This document shows, piece after piece, positions 30,714 to 40,128 of a stretch of 64,000 nucleotides of DNA. The stretch comes from an uncultured delta proteobacterium (GTDB taxonomy: Bacteria > Myxococcota_A > Polyangia > Polyangiales > Houyiibacteriaceae), in assembly GCA_963699755.1 (NCBI GenBank), contig CAVOVB010000002.1, positions 32,001 to 96,000 of the forward strand. The letters run 5' to 3'. The notes under the pieces were generated by a model. That model saw only the letters and a program-made list of their open reading frames with translations, did not search any database and had not been told where the DNA came from. A program made the position numbers and the translations under genes. How positions within the stretch are numbered: the first letter of the stretch is position 1; each line of letters opens with the position of its first letter.

Positions 30714-31934
30714 ATGGCCAAGACGGCGACGTCAGATGAGTATGCGGAACACAAGGAGAGTCCCATCGCCAAAAAGGCACATCGAAAGCGGAAACGCGCG
30801 GCTTTGCGCAGACGGAGGCCGCAGACCCTCGGCTTGGCCCCCGGGAGCATCACCCCCGTGCCGGGTATGCCACCTGCGATCATTCGCGTCATTTCCTACG
30901 ACGCGAATCTGGTCGAGGAGGATTCGATCGAGCACGTTTCCGATCTGCAAGCGATTCACGACAGCAAGTTAGGCGTCAGTTGGATCAACATCGATGGCAT
31001 CGGCGACCCGGACACCCTGTCTGAGCTCGGCAAGCTGTTTGGTCTTCACGTGCTTGCGTTGGAAGACGTGGTGAACCTTCATCAGAGGCCGAAATTCGAG
31101 GACTACGGCGACACCGACTTCATCGTGCTGCGTATGCCATCACTGAGTCCACACCTCGACCTCGAGCAATTGAGCATGTTCGTCTGCGATGGATTCGTGA
31201 TCACCATTCAGGAGAGGTCTGGGGACTGCTTCGATGGCCTGCGCGACCGGATCAGGAATGGGAAGGGGAGAATCCGACAGCGTGGGAGCGCCTATTTAGC
31301 GTACACCGTGCTCGATGCAGTCGTCGAGACCTTCTACCCCGTGGTCGAGAGCTATACCGACCAGCTGGAAGAAATCGAAAGCAGAGTGCTAGCGAACGAA
31401 ACCGAAAATATCGTCGCCGCGATTCACGCCGTTCGTCACGATTTGCGAGCCCTGCGTCGCGCGGTCGTTCCAACCCGTGAGGTCCTGAGCGCCATGGCCC
31501 GGGCCGACGCCAGTGACCCACAAGGGGATACCCATATCTTCCTCCGAGACTGTCATGATCACACGGTACAGCTGATGGAGGCCCTCGACACGAATCGAGA
31601 GCTCGCCTCGAGTCTCATGGACCTGCATCTCTCTAACATGAGCATGCGAATGAATGAAGTGATGAAGGTCTTGACCATCATCGCAACGATTTTCATGCCG
31701 CTTGGCTTCATCGCGGGGCTCTATGGAATGAACTTCGACGGTCACCTCTCGCCCTGGAACATGCCGGAGCTCCGATGGCGCTACGGCTATTTCTTCGCAC
31801 TCGGCGCGATGGGGCTCACCGCAATCGGGCTCGTATGGTTCTTTCGGTCCAAGGGCTGGCTTGGGGAAGTCGACCATGGGTCCAACCAAGAGAGCGAGGC
31901 TGAGCGAGATCCCCCCGACGCTGGCCCCACGTAG
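30714..31934 (+). CDS. corA: Magnesium/cobalt transporter CorA
   Basis: WINIDG, LHVLALEDVVN.HQRPKFEDY, MNEVMKVLT and AGLYGMNF...MPEL. Confidence 0.95.
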   Translation: MAKTATSDEYAEHKESPIAKKAHRKRKRAALRRRRPQTLGLAPGSITPVPGMPPAIIRVISYDANLVEEDSIEHVSDLQAIHDSKLGVSWINIDGIGDPDTLSELGKLFGLHVLALEDVVNLHQRPKFEDYGDTDFIVLRMPSLSPHLDLEQLSMFVCDGFVITIQERSGDCFDGLRDRIRNGKGRIRQRGSAYLAYTVLDAVVETFYPVVESYTDQLEEIESRVLANETENIVAAIHAVRHDLRALRRAVVPTREVLSAMARADASDPQGDTHIFLRDCHDHTVQLMEALDTNRELASSLMDLHLSNMSMRMNEVMKVLTIIATIFMPLGFIAGLYGMNFDGHLSPWNMPELRWRYGYFFALGAMGLTAIGLVWFFRSKGWLGEVDHGSNQESEAERDPPDAGPT

Positions 31935-32007
31935 CACGAGATTGGCAATGGCTCGCCCCCAGCCCCGGTTCGTCGTTCGCCTTGCTCGATAGAACCCGGT
32001 GCGCACC

Positions 32008-33858
32008 CTACCCGCCGAGGCGGGCCAGCGCCAGGTCGTGTGCCTCGTTGTAGTAGCGGCCGAGATTGTGCCAGTCGAACTGATCGCTGAAGGATTCGAC
32101 GGAGTTACGTAGAATGATCCGTTCGCGTCGACCGAGGGCCGCGAATCGCATGAGCCGGTCGGTTAGCTCGTCAGCGGCGCGATGGAAGTCGTTGTGTCGG
32201 CGGGGTACGACGTAGATGCCGTTGGAAGCGCAGTCTGGCCCCAACTGCTGTAGGTATGAGCCGAAACCCGACAGGTCGCTGGTGACCGCCGGCACGCCCA
32301 GCGCGATCGACTCCAGCGGCGTGTAGCCCCAGGGCTCGTAGAAGCTCGGGAACACGCCCAGGTGGCAGCCGCGAACGAACTGCTCGTACTCCATTCCGAA
32401 AAGAGGGCTCGTGGCCTGTACGAAATCGGGGTGGAAGACGACCTTGACCGGATCGTCCTCGTGGTTGAACAGCCGGCAGCTGCGCAGCTGGTTCAGAACT
32501 GGGTCGTCGGCCTCGTCGACGAGGTCGTGAGTGACGATGCCCGGCGGGGCCTCGCTCTTCCAGGCTTGAATCGCGCGACGCAGGCGTAGCCGCCAGTAGT
32601 CGTCCATCAAACCGTTGAGGTCGGGGATCTCGCCGGACGAGGCGGCGAGGAAAAGCCCGTCGCCGACGGCCTCCTTCACCGCGTTGGAGGCAGTGCGGAA
32701 CTCCTGGAGCATCGCTCGGCTCTGCAGCGCGCGGACGTTGATCGAGCGGAACGGCGCTTTGGTGATGATGAAGAAGACGACCGTCACGGGGCTGCCCGCC
32801 TCCCGGAGCCGGTGGTTCAGCCGGGCCAGCGCCTCGATCGTCAAGTTCATGCCCTTGTTGAAGTACTCGTACCGGCCCGAGGTGAACATGTAGAGTGTCT
32901 TGTCCAGGTCGAACTTGTAACTCGGGAAGAAGTGCCCCATCGAGAACTCGTGGAGCCGTTCCTTGTATTGCTGGTGCAGCGTTTGGAACTCGTGGATCGC
33001 GGTGAACCGGCGGATGTTCAGCCCGTTGGGAAGGAGCATGTCGGGCGTGCGCCTGAGCAGATGGGTGCACTCCTCCGCGGTGATGTCTGAGACGGTGGTG
33101 AATACCTGCGCCGCATGGGCGGCGGCCTTTTCGATTTGGTGCTGGGCTTGCACGTTGAATTTCTTGGCCTCCTGGTCCCCATCGAGGAAAGGCAGGTGGT
33201 CGTAGAACGCTGTGTTGCCGGTCGCCAGATAGCGGCCGACCAGGGTCGCGTGCGTGGTGAAGACGAGCGAGCCCGGCCAGTGTTCCTTGCGCAGCATCGG
33301 GATCGCCATACCCGCCTGCCACTCGTGAAAGTGGGCCACGATTCGGGGGCCCTGGGACTGCTCCTGCGCGAGGTTCGACAGCAGCGCGCGGCACATCTCC
33401 CCGAAAGCCACGGCGTCGTTTACGTTCGCCTCGTCGCTTGCAGGGATCCCGTGGTCGGCCCAGATCCGGTATTTGATCTCATGAAGTGTCCCGCCGACCG
33501 ATCCGACGTCCAGCAGCACCACGTGCGGACGGCCACTGACCAGCCAGCGCCCGTAGTGGGCGCGGTAGCCCAGATTCCGCAGCCGCTGAACCGCCTGGCC
33601 AACCGGGCCGACGAGCGGCGCCGGCTCGAATTCGACCTCAGCGCTGTGTGGCTCGTAGGGACCCACGAGGCAGTACCGCTCGCCCCAGCGGCTCATCATG
33701 CTCGGGACCTTGGACCGGAGGACCGTGTAAACCCCGCCCACCTGATTGCAGACCTCCCAGGCGACCTCCATCAGCATCGGCTCGACCGGGCGCATGGCGA
33801 CGCCCGCCGGATTCTCCGGGTGCGTCTCAGCTGTCGACGGGAGGGTGGATGGAGCCAT
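32008..33858 (-). CDS. GT3-family (eukaryote-type) glycogen synthase
   Basis: EVAWEVCNQVGGVYTV, HFHEWQAG, FTTHATLVGRYL, SGRYEYFNKG, GVFPSFYEPWGYTPLE and Arg cluster RRERIILRN. Confidence 0.93.
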   Translation of the reverse strand: MAPSTLPSTAETHPENPAGVAMRPVEPMLMEVAWEVCNQVGGVYTVLRSKVPSMMSRWGERYCLVGPYEPHSAEVEFEPAPLVGPVGQAVQRLRNLGYRAHYGRWLVSGRPHVVLLDVGSVGGTLHEIKYRIWADHGIPASDEANVNDAVAFGEMCRALLSNLAQEQSQGPRIVAHFHEWQAGMAIPMLRKEHWPGSLVFTTHATLVGRYLATGNTAFYDHLPFLDGDQEAKKFNVQAQHQIEKAAAHAAQVFTTVSDITAEECTHLLRRTPDMLLPNGLNIRRFTAIHEFQTLHQQYKERLHEFSMGHFFPSYKFDLDKTLYMFTSGRYEYFNKGMNLTIEALARLNHRLREAGSPVTVVFFIITKAPFRSINVRALQSRAMLQEFRTASNAVKEAVGDGLFLAASSGEIPDLNGLMDDYWRLRLRRAIQAWKSEAPPGIVTHDLVDEADDPVLNQLRSCRLFNHEDDPVKVVFHPDFVQATSPLFGMEYEQFVRGCHLGVFPSFYEPWGYTPLESIALGVPAVTSDLSGFGSYLQQLGPDCASNGIYVVPRRHNDFHRAADELTDRLMRFAALGRRERIILRNSVESFSDQFDWHNLGRYYNEAHDLALARLGG

Positions 33859-34006
33859 GCTGACGACCGACCTTCAGGGTGCTTCGCGTCCTTTGATTGT
33901 ACGGTCGTAGGGCGTGCTTTGCACCATCATCCCAGCCGGCCGATCACAATTGCTCGAGGCAATCCTTTGGGCTCCCTTCCCTCGCGGCGCCGCCGCACGC
34001 GCGCTC

Positions 34007-35461
34007 TCACCCTAGGGCGACGGTCACGCTCTTGAGCTCGGTCCAGTCCTCGAGGCCGTGCCGGCTTCCCTCTCGGCCAAGACCGCTTTCCTTCCAACCG
34101 CCAAAAGGCACCTCGGCCGTGCTCACCAGCCCGGTATTGACCCCGACCATTCCGGCCTCGAGCGCTTCGTATCCGTGTACGAGGCGACGGAAGTCGCGGC
34201 CGTATAGGTATGCGATCAAACCAGCGGGTGTGCTGTTCGCCAACGCAATGCCCTCGGCGTCGCTCCCAAAACGCGTGAGTGGCGCAACCGGTCCGAACAC
34301 CTCCTCCCGGCTGATTCGCATATCTGCGGTGACGTCCTCGAGCAAGGTTGGCATGAAGAACGTGCCCCCCGCTTCGGCTTCACGACCTCCAACCGTTGCA
34401 CGAGCACCGGCCGTACGAGCTTCCGCGACTAGGGCCCGGACTTTGTCAAAGCCTCGGCGATCGATGAGTGGGCCAATCTGCACGTCGGGCTCGAGCCCTG
34501 GCCCAATGCGCAACGCGGCAATGGCGTCGGCAAGGCCATCCCGGAAACGCTCGTAGATCCCGTCCTGAACCAGAATTCGATTCGCAGCCACGCAGGTCTG
34601 ACCTGCATTCCGGAACTTGGCGACCAAGCAGCCCGCCACCGCACCGTCTACATCGGCATCATCGAGAACCACGAAAGGTGCGTTGCCGCCGAGCTCTAGG
34701 CTCACCCGCTTTACAGTTGCGGCGGACGCTTCGAGCAGCTTCTTTCCGACTGTAGTCGATCCCGTGAAGCTGAGCTTGCGTACCCGTGCGTCCGCGATGA
34801 GCGCGGCACCAAGGTCGGCAGCGTCGTCACGGTTCCCCGTCAGAACGCTGAAGACCCCGGCGGGGATACCCGCTTGTTCCGCAATCGCGGCGAGGGCCAA
34901 GGCCGAAAGCGGGGTGGCCTCCGCCGGCTTGAGGATCAATGGGCACCCGGCGGCGAGCGCCGGCCCGAGCTTCCGTGTGATCATCGCGGAAGGAAAATTC
35001 CACGGAGTGATCGCGGCGCCCACTCCAATCGGCTGACGGAGGACCAAGACGCGCTGGTCTGCGGCTGGAGCGGGAATGATCTCGCCGTAGTTTCGCCGAG
35101 CTTCCTCCGCGAACCAGGTCAAGAACGACGCCGCGTAGCGAATCTCGGCGCGCGACTCGGAAAGTGGTTTGCCCTGCTCGTGGGTGAGCAAGCGCGCTAG
35201 CTCTTCTTCACGGCGCTCCATCGTGCGGGCCATGCGGTGGAGGGGCTCGGCTCGGTCCCGCGCAGACAGGCTCCGCCAGCGCTCGAAGACGCGCACTGCA
35301 GCGTCGATTGCCGCCAGAGCTTCTTCGGCGCCACAGCGCGGCACGCTCCCAATCGTCGCGCCCGTGGCCGGGTCCTGCACCGCGAGCTCCGATCTGGTTT
35401 CGACCCATTCGCCTCCTATGTAGGCGCGATCCCGGAGCAAGGAGGTATCGCCAGAGCCCAT
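34007..35461 (-). CDS. gabD: NAD(P)-dependent succinate-semialdehyde dehydrogenase
   Basis: ITPWNFPSAMITRK, SFTGST, LELGGNAP, KFRNAGQTCV, EEVFGP and PFGGWKESGLGREGS. Confidence 0.9.
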   Translation of the reverse strand: MGSGDTSLLRDRAYIGGEWVETRSELAVQDPATGATIGSVPRCGAEEALAAIDAAVRVFERWRSLSARDRAEPLHRMARTMERREEELARLLTHEQGKPLSESRAEIRYAASFLTWFAEEARRNYGEIIPAPAADQRVLVLRQPIGVGAAITPWNFPSAMITRKLGPALAAGCPLILKPAEATPLSALALAAIAEQAGIPAGVFSVLTGNRDDAADLGAALIADARVRKLSFTGSTTVGKKLLEASAATVKRVSLELGGNAPFVVLDDADVDGAVAGCLVAKFRNAGQTCVAANRILVQDGIYERFRDGLADAIAALRIGPGLEPDVQIGPLIDRRGFDKVRALVAEARTAGARATVGGREAEAGGTFFMPTLLEDVTADMRISREEVFGPVAPLTRFGSDAEGIALANSTPAGLIAYLYGRDFRRLVHGYEALEAGMVGVNTGLVSTAEVPFGGWKESGLGREGSRHGLEDWTELKSVTVALG

Positions 35462-35562
35462 GGGCTATCGAGATAGCACGTGTGCGACGCGCAGGGGAGC
35501 TGCCGGACCATGGCTTTCGCCGAATTGCGCCTATCGAAGAGTCGTGAGCCGTCACGGACCCG

Positions 35563-36885
35563 TCACGAACCAAGGGCGAGAATCTCTTCGGCGGCGCGGC
35601 GGCCGCTGCGCATGGAGTGGTCCATGTTGAAGTACTGCCATTCGCCGAAGCGGCCTACGTTCCAGATGTCGTTCTCGCGCAGCCAGCTGCGGATGGTCTC
35701 GACCTTCCCTGCGTGGTCGAGGTCGTAGATGACGTATGCCGGATAGATCTTCTCAGTGTGGACGAGCTCGATCGTGTCGTCCTCCGTGATGAGCCCGGCG
35801 AGTTTCACGGCTTCGATGGTCTTCTCGACTGCAGTGTCCGTGTCGAGCGGTCGGTATTGCGAGAAGGCGACTTCGGTGGAGATCGCGCTCTTGCCAGGCG
35901 GGACCGTGTCGGGGCTGAAATTCGCCGGAAGCGAGAGTCGGTGGAAGGGAAACATGTCCTCGTAGTAATAGATCCAGTGCTTGTCCGAGATGTTCTCACG
36001 GTCGATGCCCAGGTTGACGCAGTGGATCCCCTGGTACTGAAGGCCGGCGCAGGCGCGTTTCACCGCAGGTGGGAGATCATCAATGAAATGCGGTAGAAAT
36101 GGCAGAGGCAGCGAATAGATGAGGCGTCGGAAGGGCACGATCTCGCCGTCGTCGAAGACCACTTGCTTCTTCGGTAGCTCGATCTTGACCGCGGTCCGCT
36201 CGAGGTGGATGTTCTCGACCCGGGCCGCCAGGGCTCGTGGCAGCGGCTCAATTCCCCCGCGCTTTGTGTACCAGAATTGAGAGGTTGCTCCGACCTGGCC
36301 GACTTCGTCCGTAAGGGCGCCATGGATGATGCGCTCCACGTCGGGTGTGGGCACCCTGCGGCCGATCCAGCTAAATTCCATGTGCTGGGGATCGATGGTC
36401 CAAATCTTCTTGGCGTAAGGGACCATGAGATGCTCGGTGATTCCTTCCCCGAAGAAACCACGCATCCATTCCAAGTAGTTGTTGGGATTGAACTCTCCCC
36501 GCGCTTGACGCTCGACAGCACGAACCAGGCCGTTCAGGCACTCGGCCACGAGTTCCGTCGGCAGACCGTGCAGATGGGCCTGGAACGGGAACCGCGTGTA
36601 GAGGTCGTGGGCATGATGGTAAATGTAGGCCTCGCGGTCCTGAGCGTGGAAGTTCTCCCCAAGCAGGTCCTGGATCAGCTCGCGAATCTCCTCGTCGATC
36701 GTGAAGAGGATGTGCGGGCCGTAGTCGAAGCGATAACCGTCAATCACCGCGGTTCGCGCCAGGCCGCCGGGCGTCGCATTGCGCTCGTAGACCTGCCACT
36801 CGTGCTCGCCAGCGCTTTGAAGTGTGTAGGCTGCAGAGAGCCCGGCCAAGCCTGCACCCAGGATGACGTCGCATCGCTCAGTCAT
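35563..36885 (-). CDS. FAD-dependent oxidoreductase (protoporphyrinogen oxidase/UDP-galactopyranose mutase-like) of polysaccharide locus
   Basis: ILGAGLAGLSAA, PGGLART..GYRFDYGPH and GRFGEWQYFNMDHS. Confidence 0.82.
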   Translation of the reverse strand: MTERCDVILGAGLAGLSAAYTLQSAGEHEWQVYERNATPGGLARTAVIDGYRFDYGPHILFTIDEEIRELIQDLLGENFHAQDREAYIYHHAHDLYTRFPFQAHLHGLPTELVAECLNGLVRAVERQARGEFNPNNYLEWMRGFFGEGITEHLMVPYAKKIWTIDPQHMEFSWIGRRVPTPDVERIIHGALTDEVGQVGATSQFWYTKRGGIEPLPRALAARVENIHLERTAVKIELPKKQVVFDDGEIVPFRRLIYSLPLPFLPHFIDDLPPAVKRACAGLQYQGIHCVNLGIDRENISDKHWIYYYEDMFPFHRLSLPANFSPDTVPPGKSAISTEVAFSQYRPLDTDTAVEKTIEAVKLAGLITEDDTIELVHTEKIYPAYVIYDLDHAGKVETIRSWLRENDIWNVGRFGEWQYFNMDHSMRSGRRAAEEILALGS

Positions 36886-36888
36886 CGA

Positions 36889-37983
36889 CTAGGTACCGGC
36901 CTTGTCAACAGTCCGCTCAACGAGGCCCAGCACCGTCTCGACGTAACTACGAAACGTGTGGCGTTGCACAGACTCGAGCCCCCGCTTGCTGAAGCGCGCA
37001 CGGAGCGCGGCATCTCCGCTCAAGCTCTGAATCGCGGAGGCGAGAGCCGCTGCGTCGCCGGGCGGAACCAGCAAGCCGTTCTCGCCCGATTGGACGTAGT
37101 CCAGCGTCCCGACCGTTTCAGTAGCGATGACCGGCTTACCGATGGCCATCGCCTCGAGAATGACAACCTGGCCCCTGGAGCTCCTGATCTCGTTAAGGGG
37201 CACGATGACGAAGTCACAGCCATGCAACAGCTCCAGGTACCGTTCATAGGGCTGGTCGGCGAGCACGCGCGTGCGGCGTGGAAACTCCGCGCCTCGGAGA
37301 CTCGCCTCGTCCCCGAGCACGACCAAATCTAGGTCTAGATCCCGGACCGCCGCGGCGAGGAGTTGGTAGTCGCGCCCTGTCCTTCCAGCGCTGAACGCAT
37401 AGCCCAGCTCCTGCCCGACAAGCCCCGGGTTCACGACGTTCGTATGAAAGAAGACGAACTGGAAGCGCTCACGTGGAATCCCGAGACGCTCGCTGTAGAT
37501 GTCGATCTCTCCGAGCGCGGATGTGATCAGCAAGTCGGTCGACGCGAATGCTGCGCGCTGGAAGGCTCGCTTCAACTTCCAGAAAAGCGAATCCTTTTCG
37601 TCGTCCAGCATGAGCTCGAGATGGATGTGAACCGGCTGGCGGATGCGCAGCACGGTGCGCAAGAAACCGAAAACCTGCCCGCAGCGCAAGCCTGAGGTGA
37701 CGACGGCATCGTAGTTCGCTTGGTTAACCAAGAGCTTCAGCGCCTTGAGTACGATGCTGGGCGTCATGCTCTTGCGATCCAACCAACGACCCAGCGCACC
37801 GAACGAGCTGGTCTGCACGTCATCCACGAAATCCGTGGCCCTCGACCAGAGGGAATCCTGTTGAATATCGACGTCAGTGAGGATACGGGAGCTGCGGAAC
37901 GCCAGCGACTCCTGTCCCTGATTCGGCACAGCCTTTGCGCGGGAGGTCCCAACCGCTAACGTCTCCTGTCCCTCATTCAGCAC
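36889..37983 (-). CDS. Glycosyltransferase, GT4-like (start 37983 or 37929)
   Basis: SAGRTGRDY, VILEAMAIGKPVIAT and GENGLLVPPGD. Confidence 0.85.
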   Translation of the reverse strand: MLNEGQETLAVGTSRAKAVPNQGQESLAFRSSRILTDVDIQQDSLWSRATDFVDDVQTSSFGALGRWLDRKSMTPSIVLKALKLLVNQANYDAVVTSGLRCGQVFGFLRTVLRIRQPVHIHLELMLDDEKDSLFWKLKRAFQRAAFASTDLLITSALGEIDIYSERLGIPRERFQFVFFHTNVVNPGLVGQELGYAFSAGRTGRDYQLLAAAVRDLDLDLVVLGDEASLRGAEFPRRTRVLADQPYERYLELLHGCDFVIVPLNEIRSSRGQVVILEAMAIGKPVIATETVGTLDYVQSGENGLLVPPGDAAALASAIQSLSGDAALRARFSKRGLESVQRHTFRSYVETVLGLVERTVDKAGT

Positions 37984-37996
37984 ACTGTTCCCCAGG

Positions 37997-38809
37997 TTAC
38001 GGAGTATCCAGTTGGAAGGAGCCTCCACCAACGATGGTGAAGTGGTTCTCACCGACCAAGTCAGAAACGTTTTCTTCCAATTGAAAATTCTCGTCGCCCA
38101 TTCTCCATAGACTCGTCACGGAATCAGAAGAATCGTATCCGGGAAAATCGAATCGGACATTCTTGGGAGTTCCGTCGTTATACACGCCAGCGATGTTTTC
38201 ACTCGACAGGGTTGTGTTCCAGAATGCCACTTCGTCTAAGGAACCATGGAAGTAGTTTTCGCCCATCCCCTCCTTCGCGAACTGGATGTTTCCAACGGCG
38301 ACGAGCGGAGCCCGCTGATCTCCAAAGCCGACCTCCTCACCGTTGAGAAACAGCTTCGCATTCGCCGAAGCCGCTCGTGAATCGAAGGTGAGCATGACGT
38401 GATTCCAGTCTTGCGGATCGGCCACATCGGCTACGATCTTGGCACCGGGCACATTCTCGAAATCGGGCGTCACGTGAACACTGACCTGGTTCGAAGCTTC
38501 CCAGTAAACGCTAACTCGCATGGAGTCACTACCGGTTTCTAGCTCGGGATTGAGCTGGATCATCATCGCGCCAGCCGCGGGTGCCGCGGCTGCTTTGAAC
38601 CAGATAGAGAGTGAAAACATCTCGATGGGGCTACCGAGCGTGGTGGAAATGTTCCCTGCGCTCCCAAAGCCGTCCACTCCGTTGAAGAGCAAGGAGTAGT
38701 CATTCTCCGTGCTACCCGGAAAGTTCGGTCCATTCTCGTTGGCGTCCGAAGAGCACGCAGTGGAGAAGAAGCAAACCAAGAGAACTGCAATCGCTTTTGC
38801 AAAAGTCAT
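37997..38809 (-). CDS. LamG/concanavalin A-like jelly-roll lipoprotein
   Basis: FSTAC lipobox; FSLSIWFK, WNHVMLTFD, KLFLNG and FHGSLDEVAFWNTTLS. Confidence 0.85.
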   Translation of the reverse strand: MTFAKAIAVLLVCFFSTACSSDANENGPNFPGSTENDYSLLFNGVDGFGSAGNISTTLGSPIEMFSLSIWFKAAAAPAAGAMMIQLNPELETGSDSMRVSVYWEASNQVSVHVTPDFENVPGAKIVADVADPQDWNHVMLTFDSRAASANAKLFLNGEEVGFGDQRAPLVAVGNIQFAKEGMGENYFHGSLDEVAFWNTTLSSENIAGVYNDGTPKNVRFDFPGYDSSDSVTSLWRMGDENFQLEENVSDLVGENHFTIVGGGSFQLDTP

Positions 38810-39081
38810 CGAACACCTCTACACATACTGATTGAAAAGCATGGGCCTGGGGAGCCCAGCATGAGACATGGAACGTATGCTAACAAACGGGAAAATCAGA
38901 AATGAGCCTTCGCGTAGCATCGTCGCGCGAGTGCTCGCAAGCGCTAGGTTCAAGGTTACGCAGGTCATAGGCAGGCGCGGTTCAAGAGAGTGACGTGCCT
39001 TACGAATCACTTCCTCACTTCCCTTCTCGCGATTGGGGAGAGTATACCCCCATAGCTTGCCGCTCTTGGGGCAACTGACAG

Positions 39082-40086
39082 ATGAGGTCTCTCGAACAAA
39101 CAATCACGGTGTTCTCCACGTTCCCAAGGGTTGATCGGATCGAGCTGCCTTCGTCGGTGAACCACATGCCTTTGACCGGAGAATCGTTTCTACGGCTTGC
39201 CAGGGCGTATTTGTCGAAGCGGCGCGAAGAGCGTTGCTTTCTCTTCAACGGCTTGTCCCGACAAGTCTGGGCGCTTGCGCTCCTCAAGTGCATCGTACCG
39301 AACCGAAGACGCAAACTGGTCGTGGTGGACATGATCCTCTCTGTGCCGACCACCTGGAGAGACCGACTCGTCATCTCCTTTCGCAGGAAACTATTTTCGA
39401 AAGTTGATCTATTCATCAGTTACGCCCGAAACACGAACGGCATTCAAGAGATCTATCGCTTGCCTGAATCCCGATTTCTCTACGTTCCATTCAAGGTGAA
39501 TGACTGGGAGATCGTCACGAAGCTGGAGACCGGAGACGATGGCTACATCGTGGTCGCGGGCCAAACGCGCCGCGACTTCGCCGCGTTTCGACGAGCGATC
39601 GAGCATTTGTCGATTCCAGTTCGGATTGTCGCGCCTACTCAAAGCGTGCTCTCTCAACATGGTTCCGTCCTCAGCTCCGAAGGCTGGCCGGAGCACGTGG
39701 TGTTCGTGAGAAATGCGCTCACCGCCGAAACATTTCTGCCGGAAATCGCACGAGCGCGTTTGGTTGTACTGCCGATCCTCGAAAAGAACATCACTCCTTC
39801 CGGTATCGGCGTATGCCTGGTTGCGATGGCTTTGCGCAAGTGCGTCGTGGTCAGCTCGGGGCCCGTGGCCGACGGATTGGTGGACGACGGACAGGCTATC
39901 GTCGTCCCGGCTGGCGATTGGGTCGCACTTCGTGATGCGATCGCGAACGCCTGGAAAGACTCGAAGCTCAGGGAGGCCACGGCTGAGAGAGGATTCGAGT
40001 ACGCGATGGCTCTGGGCGACGAGAAACGGCTCCACAAGGACATGTTCGACGCAATCGTCCGGCTGAGCCGCGGCGATGCGACGTAG
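39082..40086 (+). CDS. Glycosyltransferase (GT4-like)
   Basis: VAGQTRRDF, ARLVVLP..SGIGVCLVAMALRKCVV and IVVPAGD. Confidence 0.75.
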   Translation: MRSLEQTITVFSTFPRVDRIELPSSVNHMPLTGESFLRLARAYLSKRREERCFLFNGLSRQVWALALLKCIVPNRRRKLVVVDMILSVPTTWRDRLVISFRRKLFSKVDLFISYARNTNGIQEIYRLPESRFLYVPFKVNDWEIVTKLETGDDGYIVVAGQTRRDFAAFRRAIEHLSIPVRIVAPTQSVLSQHGSVLSSEGWPEHVVFVRNALTAETFLPEIARARLVVLPILEKNITPSGIGVCLVAMALRKCVVVSSGPVADGLVDDGQAIVVPAGDWVALRDAIANAWKDSKLREATAERGFEYAMALGDEKRLHKDMFDAIVRLSRGDAT

Positions 40087-40128
40087 CGGCGCTCGTCGCT
40101 TCGCCCATTCGGGCAAGACTCTTTGCAG

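Noticed and set aside
32171..33394. Long alternative-frame and antisense ORFs here and at 7119-8225, 36205-37332, 40180-41259 and 62420-63397
   Set aside because: Expected by-products of high-GC codon bias overlapping well-supported genes.
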